A stretch of 38,207 nucleotides of DNA, taken from positions 1 through 38,207 of the IMG/VR virus record IMGVR_UViG_3300027887_000028. One strand, 5' to 3'. Position numbers and translations under genes: made by a program. The first letter of the stretch is position 1. Each line of letters opens with the position of its first letter. The notes below the pieces were generated by a model. The model ran no database searches. It saw only the letters and a program-made list of their open reading frames with translations, and was not told where the DNA came from. Positions 1-8,898 of the stretch are shown here, in pieces. Source of the stretch: a virus (Duplodnaviria; Caudoviricetes).

Positions 1-23
1 GTTCAGGATGATTGGTAGGCATC

Positions 24-500
24 ATGAGACCACTTCCTTATAAACATTATTTCAACGTATCTGAGGGCAAATTCAACTGGGAAGACCCTCAGATGCTTGA
101 AGTAAAACGGAAATTGTTAGATGGTAAACGTGGATATGCTATCATTGAAGAAGATACAGAAGATGTTTCATTGAATCAACTCGCGTATTATTTTGGTGGT
201 ATTATCCGACAGGAATGTATGAACTCAGAATGCTTTGCCGGACTATCAGAGAAAGAAATCCATAATTATCTTCTAACGAAATGTGAAGGATCCATGCGAA
301 AGATATATCGTCCTGATAAAACCTTTGCAGTAATTGAAATGCCTGGTGATTTTGATCTTATTATGGGAAGTAAGAAAAGAATGGCATTATATATTGAAAA
401 GGTTATTGCTACTCTTCAGACGGAACATGATATATATCCGAAGCCAGCAGAACACTATAAAAAGACAAATAAATTCAGACAACAAATAAAACATTATTAA
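24..500 (+). CDS. Hypothetical protein, possibly NinB/Orf-like recombination accessory protein
   Basis: SLNQLAYYFG, EIHNYL and SKKRMALYIEKV...IYPKP resemble the NinB pattern (SxxQNxxxW ... HExxK ... ExxxYIExI ... LPxP). ATG at 24 preferred over TTG at 12. An in-frame TGA at 9-11 closes the frame upstream. Confidence 0.4.
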   Translation: MRPLPYKHYFNVSEGKFNWEDPQMLEVKRKLLDGKRGYAIIEEDTEDVSLNQLAYYFGGIIRQECMNSECFAGLSEKEIHNYLLTKCEGSMRKIYRPDKTFAVIEMPGDFDLIMGSKKRMALYIEKVIATLQTEHDIYPKPAEHYKKTNKFRQQIKHY

Positions 501-730
501 TGAAAGCATTTGAACAGATACGTCTTGAATTAGTATTTCTTCGATCTGATCTTATCGTAAAAAAGAGACAACACGCTAATTTACATCAGATAGATATGTT
601 ATCTTCTGAAGGAAATAAACTACGAGAATTGATTAGTGAAACAAAAGGAATGATAAGGGCCCTTGAATGGATCATTAATGATCATTTAAATGTAGAACTT
701 TGTGAACATTATCTAACAACAGACGAATAA
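500..730 (+). CDS. Small hypothetical protein (helical/coiled-coil)
   Basis: 76-aa ORF joined to both neighbours by TAATG stop-start overlaps (at 500 and 730). Confidence 0.7.
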   Translation: MKAFEQIRLELVFLRSDLIVKKRQHANLHQIDMLSSEGNKLRELISETKGMIRALEWIINDHLNVELCEHYLTTDE

Positions 731-1596
731 TGACGTGGAGTGAAATATTGGGTCCTGTCCTTGCATCAGCAAAAATGACAGACCTAAAGGCATTCATCAA
801 AGATGGACGTAAAATAAAAAACATCTACCCTGAAGGAAAAGATGTCTTTCGCGCCTTTGATCTCTGTCCATACGAAAATACTAAAATAGTTATTCTTGGT
901 CAGGACCCTTATCCATGGCCAGGAGTTGCTGATGGTCTTGCTTTCTCTTCACGGAAACCGGAATGGCCTAAATCTCTTGAAGTTATATTTAAAGAGATCT
1001 ACCATGATCTGAATATTCAATGGTATCATAATATTCCTATTGAAGAGTTTTTCCCTACAGCTGATCTTACAAACTGGACAAAACTCGGTATTTTGCTTTT
1101 AAACGTGGTTTTAACGGTAGAAGAGAATAAGTCGGGTTCACATAAAGGAATGGGGTGGGAACTTGTCACAGAAGAAGTATTAAAGGCATTACAGACGAAA
1201 GATCAACAGATCATATATCTACTATGGGGGAAAGACGCACAACAGTTTAAAACATTTATCACGAATCCAAAACACCTGGTTCTGGAAGCGTCTCATCCGG
1301 CTGCCGAGTTACATAATCCTGATGGCCCTAAATTTACTGGCTGCCGACATTTTAGCATTGTTCGTGATATTCTGCCAACTCTTTATAGAAATGATCTATT
1401 CACTTCGGTTAATCTTGATTCGGCGTTCGACAAAGATAAGGCAAAGAAGATCATCAAAGAGAACTATCCTATGGAAGCGCAGAAACTTATCGAGTATATC
1501 GAAAAAGACTTTACCTTGAATATTCCCGTGAATAAAGAAGCTTACTTCGCTGAATTGCGTAATATTGAGAAGAACTTTTCAACTAAAATTAATTAA
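730..1596 (+). CDS. ung: Uracil-DNA glycosylase, family 1
   Basis: IYP..DVFRAF, VILGQDPY, GLAFS, PKSL, GILLLN, GSH..GW, LLWG..AQ and SHP..F.GCRHFS occur in canonical UNG order. Confidence 0.95.
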   Translation: MTWSEILGPVLASAKMTDLKAFIKDGRKIKNIYPEGKDVFRAFDLCPYENTKIVILGQDPYPWPGVADGLAFSSRKPEWPKSLEVIFKEIYHDLNIQWYHNIPIEEFFPTADLTNWTKLGILLLNVVLTVEENKSGSHKGMGWELVTEEVLKALQTKDQQIIYLLWGKDAQQFKTFITNPKHLVLEASHPAAELHNPDGPKFTGCRHFSIVRDILPTLYRNDLFTSVNLDSAFDKDKAKKIIKENYPMEAQKLIEYIEKDFTLNIPVNKEAYFAELRNIEKNFSTKIN

Positions 1597-1605
1597 AAAG
1601 ATAAA

Positions 1606-2136
1606 ATGAAAAAAGAGAGAAAGAATGATATCCGATTAATGGCAGATGCTATTGATGATCATCGTAAACATCCAATGACTATAGACGAATGTTATAAAGA
1701 AAGTTCAGTATCTCCAACTATCGAACGCAAGATGATCAAATCACCAGATGAGATAATTGCCACAAAGAAACTCGAGATACCGAAATGCCTTTTAACACCT
1801 GTAAATGGTAGGATATATCTTGTCGAGGTAGCATCATCAGAAATGCGTTCTCCCGGTGGACTTATCCTTCCACAGTTATATGCCGTAAAGAAAAACGAAC
1901 AAATGGCAGATATAAAGAGATACTTTGTCGTTGCCTGGGATAAGATCGAAATTCCTAAAGCAATACAGGATCAGCTGGAAGTAGGTATTGAAGTAAATCC
2001 ATTCCTTCCGGAGCATGCTGAAGAGTGGGATCTTCCCCGGGTAATAGACTGGCAGGCATGTAATGTCTTTAAAGTAGCACATTACACTGAACTTGCAGGG
2101 ATAAGCTCTATAAAACCTGAGATCGTAGAGAAATGA
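1606..2136 (+). CDS. Divergent GroES/Cpn10-like co-chaperonin with N-terminal extension
   Basis: LTPVNGRIYLVEVASSEMRSPGGLILP matches the GroES N-terminal strand and mobile loop (LxPLxDRVLV....E.KTxGGIxLP). The C-terminal half is diverged. Confidence 0.6.
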   Translation: MKKERKNDIRLMADAIDDHRKHPMTIDECYKESSVSPTIERKMIKSPDEIIATKKLEIPKCLLTPVNGRIYLVEVASSEMRSPGGLILPQLYAVKKNEQMADIKRYFVVAWDKIEIPKAIQDQLEVGIEVNPFLPEHAEEWDLPRVIDWQACNVFKVAHYTELAGISSIKPEIVEK

Positions 2137-2231
2137 AGACCTGACTGAGTATCTGGCTCATACTGATCATATGAGTTCCATGAGAAAGGATATTTACCGG
2201 AGCGAGCGGGTTAGAAAAGGATAGTACTTCT

Positions 2232-2255
2232 AAAGAGGCGAAAGCCTCTTTTTTT
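2232..2255. terminator. Intrinsic terminator between convergent gene blocks (probably bidirectional)
   Basis: Perfect 8-bp stem AAAGAGGC-GAAA-GCCTCTTT with a GNRA loop and a T-run to 2255 on +. It lies 3 nt past the TAG of the last - strand gene, where the U-tract is short. Confidence 0.85.
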
Positions 2256-2258
2256 ATG

Positions 2259-3806
2259 CTATGCTATTTTTTCTACCGTCATCGTTGTTCCTGCCTTACA
2301 TGTAATTATTGCAGTTGTTTCAGATCTAAATCGTAATTGTGCAGTACCAGTATTTGCTCCTGTAATAATTATACCATCTCCCATAACAGGATATATACCA
2401 GTTGATGGCGCACCACTTGAAACACCTACAGACGCATCATCAGCAATTGAATGACCACCAGTTAATGTACCAGTACTTGCAAGTTGATGATAAAATTCTA
2501 ACCATATTGTTGTTACAGCTGCACTAACATCAAATTGGAAACCACACCCAGTTGTTGCAGCAGCTGGCGAAATAGCACCAAGTATTTTAATTCTATATTT
2601 ACTATTTGCTTCAAAAGAAAAGACAAGACCTGTAAGTGTAACAGGTGTAGTATTCGCTCCAGTAGCCTGATCACCCGCAAGTGTATATGCAGAAATTGAT
2701 CCTGTTCCTGTTTCTCCTTGAATTCCCTGAACTCCTTGAGTTCCTTGAACTCCTTGAATGCCCTGTATTCCTTGTATTCCTTGTATTCCCTGCGTCCCCT
2801 GTATTCCTTGTATACCTTGTATCCCCTGAATTCCTTGACTACCATCTGTTCCTTGAACACCGGTTAATCCTTGTATTCCAGTCAATCCTTGTGTACCTGT
2901 AGTACCCTGAAATCCAAGTAATCCATCTGTTCCCTGAGAACCAGTAGATCCTTGAGTTCCAATAGTACCTTGAATCCCAGGATCACCTAATCCTGTAATA
3001 CCTTGCGTACCATCATTCCCTTGGATTCCTAATATTCCTTGAAGTCCCTGGAGTCCTGTTATTCCCTGTATTCCTTGAGTTCCCTGTAAACCTTCATATC
3101 CTTGAATTCCTGTTAGTCCTTGTATTCCGGTTAAACCTTGCGATCCTGTTATCCCTTGTGTTCCTTGAATACCTGTTTCTCCAGTAATTCCCTGCGTTCC
3201 TTGACTTCCATCAGTTCCCTGTATTCCAATTAATCCTTGCAATCCAGTCGTTCCTTGAATTCCCTGTATGCCTATTTCTCCAATTATACCTTGTGTTCCT
3301 TGTATTCCATTATTTCCTTGTAATCCTTGTATTCCAGAATTGCCTTGAATTCCTTGTATTCCATTCGTTCCTTGTGATCCTATCGTCCCTTGTAATCCAT
3401 TACTGCCTTGATTACCGGATATACCTTGAATACCTTGTAATCCAGATCCGGTAGTTCCTTGTTGTCCTATAGATCCTTGTATTCCTATTGTTCCCTGCAC
3501 TCCAGCTCCAGTTAATCCTTGCATCCCATTATTACCCTGAATACCAGATAATCCCTGGATACCTTGACTTCCAGCACCGGCATATCCCTGAATTCCTACA
3601 TTTCCTTGTATTCCAGTAGTTCCCTGACTGCCATTTATTCCTTGAACACCGGATGAATATGGAAGATTATTCCATTCATCAATACCATTACCTACCTTAA
3701 ATTTACTGGTATCAGTTTCATATCCAGGTTCTCCTGCAAGTAATATTGGATTTACTGATGTCCAGCGGGATGCTGTACCACGTTTATGTTGGAATGTTCC
3801 TGCCAT
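2259..3806 (-). CDS. Collagen-like fibre protein with Mtd_N/hyaluronidase-type N-terminal domain and C-terminal beta-rich head
   Basis: N-term [41 protein letters not shown] is the classic Mtd_N-type signature. It is followed by ~315 aa of Gly-X-Y repeats and a ~145-aa beta-strand-rich C-terminal domain. Confidence 0.85.
   Translation of the reverse strand: MAGTFQHKRGTASRWTSVNPILLAGEPGYETDTSKFKVGNGIDEWNNLPYSSGVQGINGSQGTTGIQGNVGIQGYAGAGSQGIQGLSGIQGNNGMQGLTGAGVQGTIGIQGSIGQQGTTGSGLQGIQGISGNQGSNGLQGTIGSQGTNGIQGIQGNSGIQGLQGNNGIQGTQGIIGEIGIQGIQGTTGLQGLIGIQGTDGSQGTQGITGETGIQGTQGITGSQGLTGIQGLTGIQGYEGLQGTQGIQGITGLQGLQGILGIQGNDGTQGITGLGDPGIQGTIGTQGSTGSQGTDGLLGFQGTTGTQGLTGIQGLTGVQGTDGSQGIQGIQGIQGIQGTQGIQGIQGIQGIQGVQGTQGVQGIQGETGTGSISAYTLAGDQATGANTTPVTLTGLVFSFEANSKYRIKILGAISPAAATTGCGFQFDVSAAVTTIWLEFYHQLASTGTLTGGHSIADDASVGVSSGAPSTGIYPVMGDGIIITGANTGTAQLRFRSETTAIITCKAGTTMTVEKIA
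2700..3650 (-). repeat. Degenerate 9-nt (Gly-X-Y) repeat tract, purest at ~2717-2840 (CCTTGTATT-like units)
   Basis: Visible 9-nt periodicity encoding GIQ/GTQ/GLQ/GIT triplets. Confidence 0.9.
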
Positions 3807-3807
3807 T

Positions 3808-4044
3808 TTATATTTCTCCTAAATCTATAATTAACGTTTCTCCATGTAATGTATCAGGATATCCACCATCAAAGAGACCAGATAATCCTTGTACACCTTC
3901 ACCAGCAGGACCTTGTATCCCCTGTATTCCAGATACGGATTGTATTTGTTGTCTTAACTGATCAATAATAATATTAGTTTTTCCTATGTATGCTCTAAAA
4001 CGAGTTTCAGGCGTAATAGTTAGTATAGATGTTTTTTTATCCAT
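3808..4044 (-). CDS. Small fibre/connector protein with short collagen stretch
   Basis: Likely start ATG at 4044 (MDKKTS...), overlapping the upstream stop by 8 nt. Contains a short coiled segment, [18 protein letters not shown], and C-terminal FDGGYP...IIDLGEI. Confidence 0.7.
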   Translation of the reverse strand: MDKKTSILTITPETRFRAYIGKTNIIIDQLRQQIQSVSGIQGIQGPAGEGVQGLSGLFDGGYPDTLHGETLIIDLGEI

Positions 4045-6556
4045 TATAGTTTCTAAAATTTGATAATCTATCTTTTGATCCTTTATAGGCAACATCAAAT
4101 AATCCATCAATAGAATCAACAAATGACTCACCAAGACTATTTGAGGATGGTTCTACACAATCAATGACATCGGATAAAGCAAATGTTGTCGTATCCGGTA
4201 CCGATCCCTTCGCACCTCCTGCAAATGGATAATCAAGAGCATTGCCACTATTATATAACAATCCTATTTCTGTTTCAGTAAGTAATCTATTATATAATCC
4301 AACATGACATAATTTGATCTTACCGAAATAACCAGATAATGCACTCCCGATATTCCCAAGATTAAAATTATTCGAATTAGACAGATCAATTCCAGAATAT
4401 GCTGATATATTTACAGTATCGGTTTGTTTTACATTATTAATATACATATCCATATTCCCATCACGGTCAAGACGAAATACAAAATGATACCATGTACCTG
4501 TATTTGCAGGAGAATTACTAAGTATAACAGCATATTCCGATCCAGATATTCCTATCCGTACACGAAATCTATCAGTATCATCGAAATTTGCATATACATA
4601 TGGATCTGAACCCCAATTTCCAAGAATACCATTATATGTATTTACTGAAGATACAAGATATACCCAGCATGATATTGATATATCACTATATGCCATATCT
4701 CCTACTGATGCAGCACAATTTATTACATCATCGATCCCATCAAATTCAATAGCATAATCAATAATACCTTCAGTACCAAGGGTAGGATTTCCGACAACAG
4801 TTCCATGGTAAATATTTACTGTAGAATCATATATTGTAGATCCTGATCGTTCTGTTCCTTTCCACCATGCTTTTAATCCCTCAAGTAATGATATTGGTGG
4901 TGTTGCATTTAATTCATATGCTCCAATACTTGGTGTTGTTGCATGAAATAGATTACCAGCATAATCAGTTGCTATATCAAGATCCCGTCCAGCATGATAA
5001 GCTGGAGAGGAAGTTGAACTTAATTGATATGGATCATCACCACTGCCAAGAAATGAAGGACTCGCTTTTACTGTTCCTGAATATGATATTCCGGTAGTAG
5101 GAGTAAAACTACCATCATACGTAACATCTTCATTACTATTATAACAATCATAAATAAGATTATTACGAAGACGAACATTAGTTAACTGAGTTCTTGCACC
5201 TATCCCGAATATTGCACCTCTCTCAAAATTTATAATTATATTGTTTTCTACATAAAAACCGTTTAAATGACTTACAGTCGGAATCATAATACCATAAGTT
5301 GTCGGAGAAATATTTGACTCGGAAGCTACAATAGTATTATGCTGAATATAAATATTTTGAAATAGAGGTGCAGATACAACACTATTCGACCACTGCAATC
5401 CCCAACACTGCCAACTACCATAAGTCTGACCTAATTCGACCATCACATTATCATAAATATGAACGTTATTATAATATTCTAATCCATGGGAATTTGCATT
5501 GTTAAAAGAAATAGCACGAGCTACATGATGAATATAATTACGAAATACATATGAATCAATATGAGCACCTTCAAAATGAATCGCTCTATCCAATAATGAT
5601 ATTGAACCTAAACTTAGCTGACCAATATCATTATCATATATCCTCGACCCATATCCAACACCATATTGATCCCAAGAATCACAAAAATCAATACATCCCG
5701 TTATATTATTATTGTAGATTTCTTGACCTCCTAAATCAAACCATAATTCAATAGCAAATGCCCAATAATTAGTACCTTGTCTGCCAGCATCAAGAGTATT
5801 ATTATATATTTTTACATTCCTATTAAATCCTACATCCCAGAACTTTATTGGCATCCCGGCATTTCTATCAGTGGCTGATTTACAAGTAATAGTATTTCCA
5901 TAAATCAATATCCCATTCTGAGTACCTATACATAATGCACCTGAATAATCTGTTCCAGATATTAAATGTGCACAATTAGTTACTATATTATTATAAAATT
6001 TATTTCCAGTACAAAATCCATTGGTATTGGGAAGATATTCCCAATCAACATCTGATATGTTATTGTATGGATTAACTATCGTAGACATATTCCATGTAGG
6101 TTCTCCTGCAAAACAGACAGCAGTACGTACAAAATCTACAAATTCACAATCATAAATTTCAACATTTGAGCGATAATTAATTCCAATACCTGTATGACCA
6201 ATAGGAGTACCCGGAGTTGTTGAACCTACAAATTTAATCCCAGATATATGTTGATTGCCATAACTTGGATTCCCCCATTGTCCAGAAGACTCTGCTTTTA
6301 TACATGGATAACTTGCATTATATGTCAAAGTAATAGTAACAAGACTCCTTCCATCACCCTCAATACTTACTCCATTGGACAATAACATTTGCCCAGATTC
6401 ACTATAAGAACCAGTATTAATATGAATAATATCTGTTGGGGTAGTAACTCTATTAATGGCATATGAAAGAGTAGCCCATTCCTGACCTACAGAACCGTTT
6501 CTGCCAATTTCATCCCTACCACCAGTAGCATATGTCTTTACATAAAATGTTGCCAT
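4037..6556 (-). CDS. Putative receptor-binding/depolymerase protein: right-handed beta-helix + LamG/ConA-like domain + C-terminal ~55-aa module
   Basis: N-term FYV....G.D...NGS...WATL..A...IIHI..G.Y.E (DUF1565/PL9-like) and recurrent (I/V)Y(N/D/G)NxI beta-helix coils. SSPA..AG...D..GN......SIGAYE is choice-of-anchor-Q-like. FDG.DD, SISCWV, WYH, MYIN and LYNR.LT..EI..LYN are LamG-like. Confidence 0.8.
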   Translation of the reverse strand: MATFYVKTYATGGRDEIGRNGSVGQEWATLSYAINRVTTPTDIIHINTGSYSESGQMLLSNGVSIEGDGRSLVTITLTYNASYPCIKAESSGQWGNPSYGNQHISGIKFVGSTTPGTPIGHTGIGINYRSNVEIYDCEFVDFVRTAVCFAGEPTWNMSTIVNPYNNISDVDWEYLPNTNGFCTGNKFYNNIVTNCAHLISGTDYSGALCIGTQNGILIYGNTITCKSATDRNAGMPIKFWDVGFNRNVKIYNNTLDAGRQGTNYWAFAIELWFDLGGQEIYNNNITGCIDFCDSWDQYGVGYGSRIYDNDIGQLSLGSISLLDRAIHFEGAHIDSYVFRNYIHHVARAISFNNANSHGLEYYNNVHIYDNVMVELGQTYGSWQCWGLQWSNSVVSAPLFQNIYIQHNTIVASESNISPTTYGIMIPTVSHLNGFYVENNIIINFERGAIFGIGARTQLTNVRLRNNLIYDCYNSNEDVTYDGSFTPTTGISYSGTVKASPSFLGSGDDPYQLSSTSSPAYHAGRDLDIATDYAGNLFHATTPSIGAYELNATPPISLLEGLKAWWKGTERSGSTIYDSTVNIYHGTVVGNPTLGTEGIIDYAIEFDGIDDVINCAASVGDMAYSDISISCWVYLVSSVNTYNGILGNWGSDPYVYANFDDTDRFRVRIGISGSEYAVILSNSPANTGTWYHFVFRLDRDGNMDMYINNVKQTDTVNISAYSGIDLSNSNNFNLGNIGSALSGYFGKIKLCHVGLYNRLLTETEIGLLYNSGNALDYPFAGGAKGSVPDTTTFALSDVIDCVEPSSNSLGESFVDSIDGLFDVAYKGSKDRLSNFRNYNG

Positions 6557-6558
6557 AA

Positions 6559-7641
6559 TTATCCCATCTTATCTTCAAGTTCTTTTAATTTTGCTTTCAG
6601 ATAAACTATCTCTCTTATGAAAATATCCATATAAGATATCGACATTATTGTATTCTTGTTTCTTACATGTTCAGGATATTTTTCAAGAAGTTCCTGTGCT
6701 ATTATACCATATCTCTGATTACCTGGTTCTGCTATCAACTCAAACATTCTATAATCGATATCAAGATATTCCGGAATAATAGGTCCGATATTTTTCTTTA
6801 ACCTTCTGTCGGATGACATGATAAAGTCTGTAGCAGTCATAGTACTTGATGCCAGAACTGTTCCTGTTATTCCAAGTTGACTGCCATCAAATGTAAGATT
6901 AGCTTCCCCGTTTAATGTGGTAGAATTATCTGAAGTAACAACTCTATTATTAGATCCATTATTTAGAGATACCGATCCGGTTATTCCTTGTAACCCTTGC
7001 ACTCCCTGTCCTCCAGCGGCACCCTGTAATCCTGTTCCTGTAAACCCTTGTAATCCGGTATTACCTGATAATCCCTGCAATCCTACTGGTCCTTGCCTAC
7101 CCTGAATACCTTGCGATCCCTGAATGCCTGTATTGCCTTGAATCCCTGTTAACCCTTGTATCCCTTGAATTCCCTGTGCTCCACCAGGCGAACCATCCTG
7201 CCCCTGTACTCCTTGTGATCCTATCACACCTTGAAGTCCTGCACCAGTAAATCCCTGATTGCCTTGTATGCCAAAGACACCTTGCAAGCCCTGTGCTCCC
7301 TGAGTCCCGGTACCTGTCAGTCCTTGATTTCCCTGACTACCATTTAAGCCTTGTATCCCTTGTGATCCTGATGATCCCTGACTTCCATTATTTCCTTGTA
7401 TACCCTGCGATCCAATACTTCCCTGTATTCCAGTTGACCCTTGCGATCCTGTCAATCCTGTTGTTCCCTGTGGTCCAAAAGAAGGGCCCTGGACGCCACT
7501 TGCACCCTGAGCCCCTTGTATCCCAGCAACACCTTGAATAGCTATTATCTCTTTCTTTCGAGACGTTGATTTACTGAATACCTTCGGTTTGGAAGGTTCC
7601 TGTCCTGGAAAATAAACAACTGTTCCGGTATCGTCTGCCAT
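6559..7641 (-). CDS. Collagen-like tail fibre with C-terminal peptidase S74 intramolecular chaperone
   Basis: ~185 aa of Gly-X-Y, then NNRVVT...LNGEANLTFDG, then SSDRRLKKNI...YGIIAQEL...P..V...Y and a terminal coiled coil (S74 signature). Confidence 0.9.
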   Translation of the reverse strand: MADDTGTVVYFPGQEPSKPKVFSKSTSRKKEIIAIQGVAGIQGAQGASGVQGPSFGPQGTTGLTGSQGSTGIQGSIGSQGIQGNNGSQGSSGSQGIQGLNGSQGNQGLTGTGTQGAQGLQGVFGIQGNQGFTGAGLQGVIGSQGVQGQDGSPGGAQGIQGIQGLTGIQGNTGIQGSQGIQGRQGPVGLQGLSGNTGLQGFTGTGLQGAAGGQGVQGLQGITGSVSLNNGSNNRVVTSDNSTTLNGEANLTFDGSQLGITGTVLASSTMTATDFIMSSDRRLKKNIGPIIPEYLDIDYRMFELIAEPGNQRYGIIAQELLEKYPEHVRNKNTIMSISYMDIFIREIVYLKAKLKELEDKMG

Positions 7642-7659
7642 TGTAGTAAGTATTAATTG

Positions 7660-8898
7660 TTATATCCTGCCATAAATATAATCATCGGCCTTTTTTGGTT
7701 TATCTGAGATACAGATCATCCGGGAAAGAATATTTTTATCAACGAGATCTGGATGAACCCACCAGTCTTCAAAATCACTGAAACGATCTTCTGCAATATT
7801 ATTAACGACCATAATATATCCGAATGACCTGAGATATTCCCGGGACCGTTCTTTTATATCTTTCCGTTCATCACAGAAGTTATCATGCTCGAATGTTATT
7901 ACTGCAAATTTCGCTGTCTCGAAAGGTATTCTTTGAAGTACCTGAAATGATATTATTGCTGGATCACAATCTATTTGGAGATAATCATAATAATCTTCAC
8001 GAAGTATCTTATCAAAATCTATTTTTGTTGCATCACCACAAAATGCAGTACTTTCTCTTTTAAGGTTAAATTTACCAATTTTCTCTAGATCAATATCAAT
8101 TGATAATCCACTCCAACCGAATTTCTTTTCAAGTAATGCAGTATTGTTATTAAAAAATGGATCACCACAACCTATCTCGAGAAAATTACCCTTATGTTTT
8201 CCTTTCAACATCATAAGGATAAACATATCTTGGAAACACTGAGAGAAGTTTTCTTTGATACCAGATGCTCCAGAGAATTTCATCCTCAGATCAGCATACA
8301 TTGACTGATCATATCTCAGATGACGCTTCCATAGATAACCATAGTTTTTTATATTGCTCACTACTGCATTGCGATAATCCTGACGTATCTGGTTATCCTT
8401 TTCAAGTTGACGCATCAAATGAATAGATTCATCATATAATCCTATCCACCATGCTGTGACTGCTCTTTCAAATGTAAATCCATAACGCCCGGGATAACCT
8501 ACATCAGTTTTAAGTTTCTCTTCCCCATCAGTAATTAACGATTCACCAATAACTGCAAAGGCATAACCATCATGCCAGTCCTTATTCTGCTCACATATAC
8601 GGGCCATCATGAAATAAGCTTCAGGTCTCTTTGGCATCAGTGATATTGCCCTTAAAACAATTCCTTTTAGGCTATAGACACGGTTTCTGATACTCTCAAC
8701 ACATATAGCTATACGAAGAACCGATTCATAGGTTAGAAGTTCGTTGGTAGATAATTCTGCAGCTCTGAGATAAAATGACAATGCAGAGGCATACTGACCA
8801 TCGGTTTCATACCATCTGCCAAGTTCGAAATTATATAAAGGATACTTTGGATCATTTATATAATTAACAAGTGCTTTATTAAGATTAGTATTGTTCAT
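7660..8898 (-). CDS. TPR-repeat protein fused to FkbM-like SAM-dependent methyltransferase
   Basis: N-term TPR-like helices (FELGRWYE...SALSFYLRAAE; AISLMPKRPEAYF). C-term SQ..QD.F, FLEIG, NNT..LE...WSGLSID, DYLQID.D, F.VITFEH and EDWWVHP are typical of FkbM-family enzymes. ATG 8898 preferred; the ORF track starts at 8913. Confidence 0.85.
   Translation of the reverse strand: MNNTNLNKALVNYINDPKYPLYNFELGRWYETDGQYASALSFYLRAAELSTNELLTYESVLRIAICVESIRNRVYSLKGIVLRAISLMPKRPEAYFMMARICEQNKDWHDGYAFAVIGESLITDGEEKLKTDVGYPGRYGFTFERAVTAWWIGLYDESIHLMRQLEKDNQIRQDYRNAVVSNIKNYGYLWKRHLRYDQSMYADLRMKFSGASGIKENFSQCFQDMFILMMLKGKHKGNFLEIGCGDPFFNNNTALLEKKFGWSGLSIDIDLEKIGKFNLKRESTAFCGDATKIDFDKILREDYYDYLQIDCDPAIISFQVLQRIPFETAKFAVITFEHDNFCDERKDIKERSREYLRSFGYIMVVNNIAEDRFSDFEDWWVHPDLVDKNILSRMICISDKPKKADDYIYGRI

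Noticed and set aside
2129-2224. Frameshift extension of the GroES-like gene into a ~30-codon open frame
   Set aside because: No slippery sequence or supporting signal, and this length is expected by chance.
2717-2840. CRISPR array or non-coding tandem repeat
   Set aside because: The 9-nt periodicity is fully explained by Gly-X-Gln codons; there are no unique spacers.
2259-3806. Diversity-generating retroelement suggested by the Mtd_N-type domain
   Set aside because: No reverse transcriptase and no TR/VR-like repeat pair seen in the window; Mtd_N is a generic fibre N-terminal module.
4045-4134. N-terminal extension of the 3808-4134 ORF
   Set aside because: It overlaps the conserved-looking C-terminus of the adhesin; ATG 4044 gives a typical short overlap.
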